IMG/VR virus record: IMGVR_UViG_3300031521_000029 | Location: 38,171 to 102,170 of that record | From: a virus | DNA length: 64,000 bases | Strand: one strand, 5' to 3' | Shown here: positions 27,736 through 37,319 of the stretch, piece after piece | Position numbering within the stretch: position 1 is the stretch's first letter | Layout: every line of letters starts with the position of its first letter | Program-made: the position numbers and the translations under genes | The notes under the pieces: generated by a model | The model's database searches: none | What the model was told of the DNA's origin: nothing | The model's input: the letters and a program-made list of their open reading frames with translations, nothing else

Positions 27736-29082
27736 ATGAGTAAACCATTGTGTATATTTCAAAGTCCCATGTGGACTCGAAGCGGTTACGGAGATTTGGC
27801 CCTAGCATTAGCTAAGAGTCTGCTTAGATACGATAAGTACGACTTGATGGTAGTTCCGACTCGTTGGGGTGGATGCAGCCGAAAATACTCGGCAGATGAC
27901 ATGTCAGACCCATTGGAACAAGAACTATTTAAACGAGTCATTCGACAACCATTGAATAAACAACCCGACCTATTCATTCAGTGTTCAATTCCAAATGAAT
28001 TTCAACCACCTGCAAAGTTTAACATCGGCATTACCGCAGGAATAGAAACAACCATCGCACGCCCGGATTGGATTGAGGGATTGAATCGCATGAACTACAA
28101 TATCGTTACTTCGATGCATGCTAAAAAAGTATTTGAAGAAGCGTCCTATCAAAAAATGGACGAACAAACAAAACAAGTAATTCCAGGTCAAGAACTAAAA
28201 TCAATTAAACCAATGGACGCATTGTTCTGGGGAGCAGATACAAGTATCTATGGAACAGGAAAATCGTTTGAACCAAAAGTAGAAATTGAACTCGAAGCAG
28301 TAAAGGAAGATTTCAACTTTCTATTTGTTGGACAATGGACTAATGGTGGTCTTTTCAACGACAGAAAAGACATTGGCAATCTTATTAAAACCTTCTTGAC
28401 TACGTTCTCAAACATGGGAGCAAAACCAAAGCCAGGCTTGATTATTAAGACAAGTGGCGCTGCGATTTGTAACATGGACAAACATGATATAATCAATCGT
28501 CTAAGGACAGTTAGAGGAATCGTTGAACAAGAAAAAGGAACAAAGGATTTACCAAACGTTTATATTCTTTACGGTGAACTAACTGAATCTGAAATGAATG
28601 CTTTATATAACCATACCAAGGTTAAAGCCCATGTTTCGTTTACTCACGGTGAAGGATTTGGTATGCCACTTCTTTTGTCATCTTTGAGTGGTAAGCCTGT
28701 ATTAGCATCCAACTGGAGCGGTCATTTGGATTTCCTAGATAATAACTTTTGTAAATTACTTGACGGTGAAGTTAAACCTTTGCCTCCTGAATGTGTTAAT
28801 GAATGGTTAATCAAAGATTCTGCGTGGTTTAATGTAAACTACATGAAAGCATCAGAAAGTATGAAAAACTGTTTTCATTTTTATCGTCCATATCTTGAAA
28901 AAGCTGACAAACTTCGTCAAAAAAATGAAGTTGAATTCTCAACTCAGGCAATGGATAAAAAGTTCTGGGAGTATTTGGAAACGCACGTTCCAAAATTTGC
29001 TACTGAACAGAAATTGATTCTTCCTAAACTAAATAAGGTGGTAAAACCAATTATCACAAGTCCGAACACTGGTTCCATATAA
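27736..29082 (+). CDS. GT4 glycosyltransferase
   Basis: TRSGYG, FLFVGQW, DRKDIG, HGEGFGMPLL, NWSGHLDF. Confidence 0.88.
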   Translation: MSKPLCIFQSPMWTRSGYGDLALALAKSLLRYDKYDLMVVPTRWGGCSRKYSADDMSDPLEQELFKRVIRQPLNKQPDLFIQCSIPNEFQPPAKFNIGITAGIETTIARPDWIEGLNRMNYNIVTSMHAKKVFEEASYQKMDEQTKQVIPGQELKSIKPMDALFWGADTSIYGTGKSFEPKVEIELEAVKEDFNFLFVGQWTNGGLFNDRKDIGNLIKTFLTTFSNMGAKPKPGLIIKTSGAAICNMDKHDIINRLRTVRGIVEQEKGTKDLPNVYILYGELTESEMNALYNHTKVKAHVSFTHGEGFGMPLLLSSLSGKPVLASNWSGHLDFLDNNFCKLLDGEVKPLPPECVNEWLIKDSAWFNVNYMKASESMKNCFHFYRPYLEKADKLRQKNEVEFSTQAMDKKFWEYLETHVPKFATEQKLILPKLNKVVKPIITSPNTGSI

Positions 29083-29759
29083 TGAGATTATCGTATCTAG
29101 TTACTGTAAAAAACGAAACTGACACGTTGATTCGGCTTTTAGAAAAGCTGGTCAATAGTCGGGCCGAAGGTGACGAAATTGTTATTGTAGATGATTATTC
29201 TAATAATCCTACAACAATAAAACTTTTAACCGATGTTTGTAAAAATCGTGACGTTTTTGTGTATCTTCATAAGTTAGATAATGACTATGGCGTACATAAA
29301 AACTTCGGAAATACAAAATGCACAGGAGATTGGATATTTCAGTTAGACGGAGACGAATTGCCATCTGACACTTTGATTTTTAATATAAGAGACATCATAT
29401 CAACCAACGTTGACATAGAATTGATATATGTTCCTAGAATTAACGATTTCAAAGGAGTTACCGAAGAACATGCTAAACGATGGGGATGGAAACTAACACC
29501 ATCTCCGTCTTATGACAACAGACCGATTATTAATTGGCCTGATTTTCAGGGTAGAATCTATAAAAAAGATTTGAACCGAATTAAATGGGATAGAAAGTTA
29601 CATGAAAAAATTGTTGGACATGAAAAATATTCATTTCTACCAACTGATGAAGACTTCTCTCTTTATCACGATAAAACAATAGAAACACAAATACAAACGA
29701 ACCTAAGATACAATAAACAATTTAGTGTTGAAGATAATCTTGGTCACAAAGTAACATGA
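29082..29759 (+). CDS. GT2 glycosyltransferase
   Basis: SYLVTVKNE, IVDDYS, WIFQLDGDE, WPDFQGRI, LHE. Confidence 0.88.
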   Translation: MRLSYLVTVKNETDTLIRLLEKLVNSRAEGDEIVIVDDYSNNPTTIKLLTDVCKNRDVFVYLHKLDNDYGVHKNFGNTKCTGDWIFQLDGDELPSDTLIFNIRDIISTNVDIELIYVPRINDFKGVTEEHAKRWGWKLTPSPSYDNRPIINWPDFQGRIYKKDLNRIKWDRKLHEKIVGHEKYSFLPTDEDFSLYHDKTIETQIQTNLRYNKQFSVEDNLGHKVT

Positions 29760-30355
29760 GTGAATGGATAATAAAAAATAACGCCTATAAAAAAGGTATA
29801 AAAGACATCGTCAATAACGATAAAACATTTCAAGAAATTTACCAAGATGTTTTAAATCTTGGTTACAATACTGACAAAGGAACTACTCATGCGTATGTAG
29901 ATAGTTATGCCGAACTATTTAAACCATATCGTAACTTACCAATTAACTTACTTGAAATCGGTATAGATTTTGGATATAGTTTAGCTTTATGGAGAGCATA
30001 TTTCGATAAAGCTCTAATATACGGAATAGATGTTAGAAACGTATTACAATTTACTGAAGATGTGACTCCTATCATTTATGACGGAAACGACCCGTCTATT
30101 ATTGAAAAATATTTTTCTAACATTCAGTTTGATATCATTATTGACGACGCAAGTCATGAAGTTGAACATCAAGTATTACGATTTCCAATTTATTTTCCAA
30201 AACTAAAATCTGGAGGATTATATGTAATTGAAGACGTTCAGGATGTAGATGGTCAAGGAACACAACTAACATCATTAGATTCTTCTGCTCAAATTATCGA
30301 CAATAGAAAAGTTAAAGGCAGATACGATGATGTAATGATAATTTATAGAAAATAA
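29756..30355 (+). CDS. Class I SAM methyltransferase (sugar O-methyltransferase-like)
   Basis: TDKG..H.Y, LLEIGI, FDIIIDDASH, GGLYVIED. Confidence 0.85.
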   Translation: MSEWIIKNNAYKKGIKDIVNNDKTFQEIYQDVLNLGYNTDKGTTHAYVDSYAELFKPYRNLPINLLEIGIDFGYSLALWRAYFDKALIYGIDVRNVLQFTEDVTPIIYDGNDPSIIEKYFSNIQFDIIIDDASHEVEHQVLRFPIYFPKLKSGGLYVIEDVQDVDGQGTQLTSLDSSAQIIDNRKVKGRYDDVMIIYRK

Positions 30356-30357
30356 CA

Positions 30358-31593
30358 ATGAATAAAAACTACAAAGACTTGTCAATATGTCCAGTATCTT
30401 TATCTAAAGAGCATTTGACATATTTAGATTTTGGATTAATGCCTTTGGTGAATAACCTAAACAACACAAAGGAAGAATCTTTAAATTGTCCAAAATATCC
30501 TCTCGTAGTTAATTATTATCCAGAAAGTAAACTATCCATGTTATCAGTGGCAGTTGACCCTTCCATTTTATTTGCCCATTATGTTTATAAATCAGGAACA
30601 AGTCAACCGTATATAGAGCATTGTAAAGAAATGTATAATTACATTTCAAAATTTGTCACTATAAACAATGATGACAGATTCGTTGACATTGGAGGTAATG
30701 ACGGAACTTTATTATCTACATTTATAGAAACTTCAGATAAAAAACTTGACGTAATAAACGTAGACCCATCTGACAATCTTGGAAAAATTTGTAGAAAAAA
30801 AGGCATCATAACATTAACAAAAATGTGGGATGATACCATAGGAATTCAGATGAAAGAGACGTGTAAAGTTATCACATCTACAAACGTATTTCAACATACA
30901 CAAAGTATAGGCAATTTCGCCAGTGGTATATGGAACGCTTTAAAAGATGATGGTATTTGGTGTCTTGAATTTCCATATTGGAGACACGACCTGGAAACCA
31001 ATCAATATGACCAAGTGTATCACGAACATATCTACTACTATCTTTTAACTCCTTTGTTCAAACTGTTTAATGATAGAGGATTTAAAATACTTGATGTATC
31101 TGAACAAAAGATTCATGGCGGAAGTCTTCGTATTATAAGTCAAAAAAGAAACGTAAATAACGATGTAATACCAGAAAGCGTGACAAAAGTTCTTGAATCT
31201 GAAAAAATATTTGATGACAACTTTTACAAAACGTGGGGAGAAAATATGAAAGTTCATATAACAGACAGTAAAAAGTTTCTTTCCAATCTCAAATCGTCAG
31301 GCAAGAAAATTGCTGGATTTGGGGCCGCTGCCAAAGGATGTACATTCTTAAATGCTGCCGGGATAAATCATGAACTTATAGACTACATTGTCGATGATAC
31401 TGATACAAAACAAAACAAATTTATGCCAGGAGTCGGAATAAAAATTGTTAATAGACAACATCTAATTGATAATACACCAGATTATATCGTAATTCTGGCC
31501 CATAACTTTGCAGATTATATCAAATCATCATTAAGACCTATTTATAATGGCAAATTTATTGTTATGTTTCCACAACCTGTGATTTATGACTGA
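30358..31593 (+). CDS. NDP-hexose C-methyltransferase family protein
   Basis: LDFGLMPLVN, YVYKSG, VDIGGNDGTLL, TNVFQH, DQVYHEHIYY, IHGGSLR, GFGAAAKG, ILAHNF. Confidence 0.88.
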   Translation: MNKNYKDLSICPVSLSKEHLTYLDFGLMPLVNNLNNTKEESLNCPKYPLVVNYYPESKLSMLSVAVDPSILFAHYVYKSGTSQPYIEHCKEMYNYISKFVTINNDDRFVDIGGNDGTLLSTFIETSDKKLDVINVDPSDNLGKICRKKGIITLTKMWDDTIGIQMKETCKVITSTNVFQHTQSIGNFASGIWNALKDDGIWCLEFPYWRHDLETNQYDQVYHEHIYYYLLTPLFKLFNDRGFKILDVSEQKIHGGSLRIISQKRNVNNDVIPESVTKVLESEKIFDDNFYKTWGENMKVHITDSKKFLSNLKSSGKKIAGFGAAAKGCTFLNAAGINHELIDYIVDDTDTKQNKFMPGVGIKIVNRQHLIDNTPDYIVILAHNFADYIKSSLRPIYNGKFIVMFPQPVIYD

Positions 31594-32554
31594 TTATTCT
31601 CCATCAAACAAATTCATACATCGTCTTATAAATTACTATAAAAAACACACCGAAGTATCTTGTCTTCCTATCTGGACAGGTACTTACAGTCATCTCCGTG
31701 AACTAATCGACAAAGAAGATATAAACGGTTTACGTAACAAATTAGATACGCTCTACATTGACGATTTATGGGGATTGGATTACAACCAACAGAATAGTTG
31801 GAAATTGCCGTCATATGAAAGTTGTTTCAATATATGCATTGACACCATGGCATCAGAACTTAAATTTTATAACGAATCAACCGAAAAAACTGTCGAAGAA
31901 TTAGAAAAGATTGTAGGATTGAGATTTGATATTCCAGAGTTTCCTTACAGACCCGTAATTAAAGTCGGAGATAGAGATATTCCATTAAGATTTGCGGTTT
32001 GTTATTACATTTTTCACTGTTTAACAAAATATTTAGAGAATGACCCAAATAAAGTTTTGGAAATTGGCGCTGGGACTGGTTATTTTCCATTTTTATTTAT
32101 TAAAAAATATCCTAACGTAAAATATAATATTATAGACTTACCAATCATTTCTGTGATTCAAACTTACATTTATGCGACGATGGTTGGTGAGGATAAAGTT
32201 TGGTTTCATGGAGAACCGACAAATGAGTCTGCCAATTTGCGTATTTATGCGCCTGACTCAATTGACGAAATAGAAGGTCTGATTGATGTAGCATTGAACC
32301 ACAACTCATTTCCAGAGATTCCTCAAGATGTCCAAGAAAAATATCTTGAAAAGATGAAACAACTGTTTTCTTCTAAAGGATTCTTCTATTCGGTCAACTG
32401 GGAACCACATAATAGCGACCAAACTCCTGTAACTGTGGCTTGTAATAAAAATGGACTTACAAATATCAGTCGAAGACTATTCCCAGTTGAAAGTTTTGTT
32501 CACGAACAAACCTCAATCGCATTTTACGAAGAAATATATAAATCAAATGAGTAA
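31586..32554 (+). CDS. Putative sugar O-methyltransferase
   Basis: VLEIGAGTG, YNIIDLP, NHNSFPEI...QEKYL. Confidence 0.7.
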   Translation: MTDYSPSNKFIHRLINYYKKHTEVSCLPIWTGTYSHLRELIDKEDINGLRNKLDTLYIDDLWGLDYNQQNSWKLPSYESCFNICIDTMASELKFYNESTEKTVEELEKIVGLRFDIPEFPYRPVIKVGDRDIPLRFAVCYYIFHCLTKYLENDPNKVLEIGAGTGYFPFLFIKKYPNVKYNIIDLPIISVIQTYIYATMVGEDKVWFHGEPTNESANLRIYAPDSIDEIEGLIDVALNHNSFPEIPQDVQEKYLEKMKQLFSSKGFFYSVNWEPHNSDQTPVTVACNKNGLTNISRRLFPVESFVHEQTSIAFYEEIYKSNE

Positions 32555-33275
32555 AAGTTTAATTGCAATTCTACACTACAATTCAATCCAATATACGGAT
32601 AATTTGTATGAAATGTTAAAACCATACGAACGTAATGATTATGATTTGGTGGTTATTGATAACGGTAGCGATGAAGGAAAATCAAGCAAGTATTCAACCT
32701 ACCGTTCAGACGAGAATACGTGTTATGGTGGAGGTTTGGACATGGCATTGAACCTATTTATTGAAGACAAACAATACGACTCGTTTACATTACTCAATTC
32801 TGATATTATAGTTCATGGTTATAACTTCATTAAGTCGTTGAGAGAACAATTATTTAAACAAGACGATTTAATGGTCATTTCTCCATGCGTGATTCAACCA
32901 GAGAAAAACCAATGTTTTTGGAAACAATGTCATTGTTGGAATGCAAAGGAAATACGAATAGTCCCTTTTGTAGACTATCAATGCGCTTTTATGAAACGTC
33001 AGTTTGCTGAAAAGGTTCAATCCTTTGGTAGTAAGTATGGATGGGTTCAAGATATTATGACAGGAATTATCTGTGAAGATAACAATTGGAAGATTGGTGT
33101 CTGTGATTGGTTGCCTATCGTTCATATCGGCAATGGAACAGTAAAAGATAACCCTAAAATGTATAATTATAATATTCTTGCCCAAGAAGAGATGAATAAG
33201 TATTTCTTGGAAAAAGGATTGACAAACAGGGTAAATCAGTTAAAATTGAAATCTATAGGTTATAAATATGAATAA
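32547..33275 (+). CDS. GT2-like glycosyltransferase
   Basis: AILHYN, VIDNGS, LLNSDI; likely start MSKSL at 32547. Confidence 0.75.
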   Translation: MSKSLIAILHYNSIQYTDNLYEMLKPYERNDYDLVVIDNGSDEGKSSKYSTYRSDENTCYGGGLDMALNLFIEDKQYDSFTLLNSDIIVHGYNFIKSLREQLFKQDDLMVISPCVIQPEKNQCFWKQCHCWNAKEIRIVPFVDYQCAFMKRQFAEKVQSFGSKYGWVQDIMTGIICEDNNWKIGVCDWLPIVHIGNGTVKDNPKMYNYNILAQEEMNKYFLEKGLTNRVNQLKLKSIGYKYE

Positions 33276-34008
33276 AATAAACGTGGTAATACCAATGGCA
33301 GGTCTTGGAAAGAGATTTTCGGACTGCGGATACAAATTACCAAAGCCATTTTTACCAATCGGCGATAAGACGATGATTGAACAAGTCATCTTAAATTTGA
33401 ATCAATTCGGTCATCATACATTCTATTTTACTTTTGTAATAAATATGAATCAGCTTGATGTTGGTGAATTTGAAAATAAATTAAAAAATCTCAATCTCAA
33501 GAATTATCAAATCGTCTTCATAGATTTTGTTCCAAAAGGGCCCGCGGCATCTGCATTAATTGGTGTTGAAAAAACCGACATTTCATTGCCATTGATTATC
33601 ACAAATTGTGACCAAATCATTGAAGATTATAATTTTGAACTTTTCAACAAATTCTGTGATGTGAATCAAGCCGAAGGTGTGTTGGGGACATTTCATTCAT
33701 CAAGTCCAAAAAACAGTTACGTTAGATTAAGCGATACCAATGAGGTAATCGATGTAAAAGAAAAGGAAGTTATTAGTAATGTGGCAACGAACGGATTTCA
33801 TTGGTGGAAAAAAGGAGTATTCTTTGTAACATCAGTAAATCAAATGAAACAAAATAATGATACGGTAAATGGCGAATTCTATGTTGCCCCTTCTTACAAT
33901 TACCTTATTCAGAAAGGTATGAAGGTTATGCCTTACTCTTTTAATATGCATTATCCAATTGGAACTCCTAAAGATTATGAAACGTATAAGACGTTAAGAC
34001 ATCTATGA
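33268..34008 (+). CDS. Sugar-phosphate nucleotidyltransferase (BcbE-like)
   Basis: NVVIPMAGLGKRF...PKPF, GPAAS, ITNCDQ, VKEKEVIS, VNGEFYVAPSYN, IGTPKD. Confidence 0.88.
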   Translation: MNKINVVIPMAGLGKRFSDCGYKLPKPFLPIGDKTMIEQVILNLNQFGHHTFYFTFVINMNQLDVGEFENKLKNLNLKNYQIVFIDFVPKGPAASALIGVEKTDISLPLIITNCDQIIEDYNFELFNKFCDVNQAEGVLGTFHSSSPKNSYVRLSDTNEVIDVKEKEVISNVATNGFHWWKKGVFFVTSVNQMKQNNDTVNGEFYVAPSYNYLIQKGMKVMPYSFNMHYPIGTPKDYETYKTLRHL

Positions 34009-34325
34009 AAGTAATAAGAAACCAAAAATGGACAGGTGGTTGGTTTATTGGTAATTTTGAACCGTCCGCATTTAAAACCGACGAAGTTGAGGTATGTTTT
34101 AAACAGCATGCAAAAGGAGAGAAGTGGCCGACCCATTATCATAAAATTGCCACCGAAATTAATTATGTTATTCGTGGCAAAATGACCATTCAAAATGACA
34201 CATTCAATACTGGCGATGTGTTTATTATTGAACCAAATGAAATCGCCGACCCCATGTTTTTAGAGGATTGTGAATTAATTGTAGTAAAATTGCCATGCGC
34301 AAAAAACGATAAATACGAGATATGA
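34005..34325 (+). CDS. Cupin-domain protein
   Basis: GGWFIGNFEP, HYHKIATEINYVIRG, GDVFIIEP. Confidence 0.85.
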   Translation: MKVIRNQKWTGGWFIGNFEPSAFKTDEVEVCFKQHAKGEKWPTHYHKIATEINYVIRGKMTIQNDTFNTGDVFIIEPNEIADPMFLEDCELIVVKLPCAKNDKYEI

Positions 34326-35524
34326 TAGACATTTTCAGACCAAATTACGACGAGTCAATTCTAAATAAATACTACTTGGTTACTTACTACTTAGAGAGTC
34401 GAACCACGTTAAAGGATGCTGCGTGGAATCTTGCAATTGGTCAATCAGTAGGAAATCCACACAATCGTTCAGAGTTTGAAACGGATAAATTATTTGAAGA
34501 CCACTCATGTCTTATTCTGGCTCATCCAGATGAACTAAATGAACTTCAAAAAGGAGAGGTCGTTATTGCATTTCCTGAAAAGAATATCAACTTTACAGAA
34601 GACGGCATCTCATCATTGTTGGTTCAAATCATGGGCGGGCAATGTGATATTGACGTTGTTCATAAATGTGTGGTAAAAAACATTCAACTTACCAGTTCAA
34701 TGCTTGGATGTTTAAAACGTCCATATTTCGGATTAAGTGGTATGAGAAAATTCTGTCAAGTTCCTAATAATCAGGTATTGTTTGGAGCTATCGTTAAACC
34801 GAAAGTAGGCCTCGCACCAAAAAAACATCTCGAACTTGTAAAACAATTCATAGATAACGGTTGTAATTTTATTAAAGAAGATGAAATTTTATCCAATCAA
34901 GCATTTTGTCCAATCGAAGAACGTGTACCTCTTGTAGCAAATTACATCCGTAATACCAATGCCAAAGTGTTTTATTGTGTATCTCTACAAGCGGATGCAC
35001 ATAAAGTATTAGAATATAGTAAACGTGTATTGGAATTGGGTGGTAATGGAATACATGTAAATTTTCATTGTGGCATGGGAATCTATAAATCAATTCGTGA
35101 AATGAATCTTCCACTTTTGATGCACTTTCAGAAGAGCGGAGATAAAATTTTAAATTGTATTGACCACAGATATTCTATTGACCAGTCAGTATTATTCAGA
35201 TTAGCTGCCTTAAGTGGTTGTGATACGTTACATGCAGGAATGATAGGCGGTTATATGGATAATGATACTGAGGAATTGAAAGTCATCATAAAACAACTAA
35301 ATGAAATTAACGCCGTACCAGCTCTAAGTTGTGGCATGCATCCTGGCCTTGTTGATTACATAACTGACATATTAGGTCATACCAATTGGATGGCAAACGT
35401 TGGCGGAGCCATCACATCACATCCAAATGGAACGGCGGCAGGAGTTAGGGCAATGAATCAAGCCGTGACTAAAAATTATGGAGATGATTATGAATCTGCA
35501 ATTAAGAAATGGGGTAAAAAATGA
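34322..35524 (+). CDS. RuBisCO-like protein (form IV/RLP)
   Basis: GAIVKPKVGL, GCNFIKEDE (K185, carbamylation-site equivalent), LHAGMIGG, PALSCGMHPG, ANVGGAITSHPNG. Confidence 0.9.
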   Translation: MIDIFRPNYDESILNKYYLVTYYLESRTTLKDAAWNLAIGQSVGNPHNRSEFETDKLFEDHSCLILAHPDELNELQKGEVVIAFPEKNINFTEDGISSLLVQIMGGQCDIDVVHKCVVKNIQLTSSMLGCLKRPYFGLSGMRKFCQVPNNQVLFGAIVKPKVGLAPKKHLELVKQFIDNGCNFIKEDEILSNQAFCPIEERVPLVANYIRNTNAKVFYCVSLQADAHKVLEYSKRVLELGGNGIHVNFHCGMGIYKSIREMNLPLLMHFQKSGDKILNCIDHRYSIDQSVLFRLAALSGCDTLHAGMIGGYMDNDTEELKVIIKQLNEINAVPALSCGMHPGLVDYITDILGHTNWMANVGGAITSHPNGTAAGVRAMNQAVTKNYGDDYESAIKKWGKK

Positions 35525-36003
35525 AATTTATCAGCCATAGAGGCAATATCAACGGTCAAAAATCAGAAAAAGAAAACAAACCATCTTATATTCAAAAAGC
35601 ATTAGATGCTAATTTTGATGTAGAAATTGATGTATGGTATTATAACAAAAAATGGTGGCTTGGTCATGATAGACCACAGTACAAAACAACGTTCAGATGG
35701 TTATTTCAAAGACATAGTAAATTATGGATTCATTGTAAAAACCTGGAAGCGTTACATAAATTAACAAGACGTGATGGTAAAAATTTATGGAATCAAAACT
35801 TAAATTATTTTTGGCATCAAAATGATGACTTTACGTTAACAAGTAAAGGATTTATTTGGACATATCCAAGACAACCATTAACTAATAATTCTATATGTGT
35901 TTATCCTGAAAAGTTTGCAGGCTTAAAAAAAGAATTAGATAATTGTCATGGAATGTGTTCTGATAACATAGCTGAAATAAAAGGCAAACGAATCTATGAA
36001 TAA
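35521..36003 (+). CDS. GDPD/PLC-like phosphodiesterase-fold protein
   Basis: ISHRGN, EN, DVEIDVW, LGHD, WIHCKN. Confidence 0.8.
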   Translation: MKFISHRGNINGQKSEKENKPSYIQKALDANFDVEIDVWYYNKKWWLGHDRPQYKTTFRWLFQRHSKLWIHCKNLEALHKLTRRDGKNLWNQNLNYFWHQNDDFTLTSKGFIWTYPRQPLTNNSICVYPEKFAGLKKELDNCHGMCSDNIAEIKGKRIYE

Positions 36004-36799
36004 ATTAGTTTTATATTGTAAATCATTCAGCCGCGATGTTCATCGTTGTAAATTACTTCTTGATTCTGTCATAAAGTATAATAAAGATTCTATACCATTT
36101 TACATATCCGTTCCTAAAGAAGATATTCAGTTATTCAAAACGACATTAGGAATCGATGGATACGTTCTTATCTCGGACGAAGAACTCATGAATGAGTCGT
36201 TATGTCAATCTTGGAAAAACCAACAAATCGTTAAGATGGTATTCTGGAAAAATATAGAAACTGAAAACTATGTGATTTTGGATTCAGATTCTTACTTCAT
36301 AAAGGATTTCTATTACAAGGATTTCTTAGTTACCGATTCCATCCCTTACACTGTGATGCACGAACAGAAGGATTTGTTTCAATGGACGGCAAGATACAAA
36401 GACCATCTTGGATTCAACCCACAACAATCGTTTGCCGAATGTAGAACACCAATTCAAGAGTTATTTGATAGAAAAGGAAGACTTTATGACTTTGGGCCTG
36501 TTCCAGTCATCTGGTCTTCAAAAGTGTGGCAAAGTTTGGAAGAAGAATATATTAAACCAAATAACTTGACATTTGAAGGTTTAATTAATACAATATCATC
36601 GGAATTCACCTGGTACGGGGAATGGTTTTTGGTAAGAAAACCCATTGAATTATGGCCTATCGAACCAATTTTTAAAGTGTTCCATTATATGCCAGAATAC
36701 CAACAACTAAAACAGTTAGGTTATACCGAAGAACATTGGAAAGATAATTACTTGGGTATAGTGATGCAATCGAGTTCAGGATTACCATTACAATATTAA
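35996..36799 (+). CDS. GT-A-like (DUF6492-like) glycosyl/phosphotransferase
   Basis: WKNQQIVKM, YVILDSDSYF, SEFTWYG. Confidence 0.6.
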   Translation: MNKLVLYCKSFSRDVHRCKLLLDSVIKYNKDSIPFYISVPKEDIQLFKTTLGIDGYVLISDEELMNESLCQSWKNQQIVKMVFWKNIETENYVILDSDSYFIKDFYYKDFLVTDSIPYTVMHEQKDLFQWTARYKDHLGFNPQQSFAECRTPIQELFDRKGRLYDFGPVPVIWSSKVWQSLEEEYIKPNNLTFEGLINTISSEFTWYGEWFLVRKPIELWPIEPIFKVFHYMPEYQQLKQLGYTEEHWKDNYLGIVMQSSSGLPLQY

Positions 36800-36800
36800 T

Positions 36801-37130
36801 ATGATAAAATCAATAAAAATTCATATAATTTATAATGTAATATATTTTTGCATTATTATACTAATATGTCTAATTAAAAACAGTCCACCAACCATTGATA
36901 CTGATAAGTTGCAAAAATTATGTAATAAATACACAGAATATGGTTATTTTTGTGGGCAACAAGATGCTTTAACTAACAATTATAGAATTGCATATGTTAC
37001 TAATATTGTTACTACTACGAACAAAGAATGGATATGGATTAAATCTCCGTAGGATGTAAAACCTAAAAATCCAACTATTACTAATTTAAATTTTACTAAT
37101 GTTCAGGAACTTTTTAAAGATACTCAATAA
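36801..37130 (+). pseudogene. Membrane-anchored small protein interrupted by TAG at 37050-37052
   Basis: N-terminal TM; ...WIWIKSP-TAG-DVKPKNP... frame stays open for 25 more codons to TAA at 37128. Confidence 0.45.
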
Positions 37131-37132
37131 TT

Positions 37133-37166
37133 TCCTAACGTTTTATATCCTAACGATATATTTATT
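37133..37166 (+). promoter_or_regulatory. Direct repeat TCCTAACG x2 plus late-type motif
   Basis: TCCTAACG at 37133 and 37148, TATTTATT at 37159, ATG at 37170. Confidence 0.55.
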
Positions 37167-37169
37167 ACT

Positions 37170-37319
37170 ATGGGCCGGAATAAACTAAACCGAACAGACG
37201 AAGAAATACGAGAACAAAATCGTATTCGTCAAAGGAGATTTTATGACAAACATAGTAAGCGAATTAGAAAAGAAAAACTTAAAAAATATTACGAACGAAA
37301 AAAAGAGGAATTGTCCTAG
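37170..37319 (+). CDS. 49-aa basic helical protein (not in the ORF track)
   Basis: MGRNKLNRTDEEIREQNRIRQRRFYDKHSKRIRKEKLKKYYERKKEELS*; promoter motif 3 nt upstream. Confidence 0.7.
   Translation: MGRNKLNRTDEEIREQNRIRQRRFYDKHSKRIRKEKLKKYYERKKEELS

Noticed and set aside
34322-35524. True CO2-fixing RuBisCO / phage carbon fixation
   Set aside because: The loop-6 Lys, His-Arg pair and E60 equivalents appear substituted, the motif is KEDE rather than KDDE, and there is no small subunit or phosphoribulokinase in the window.
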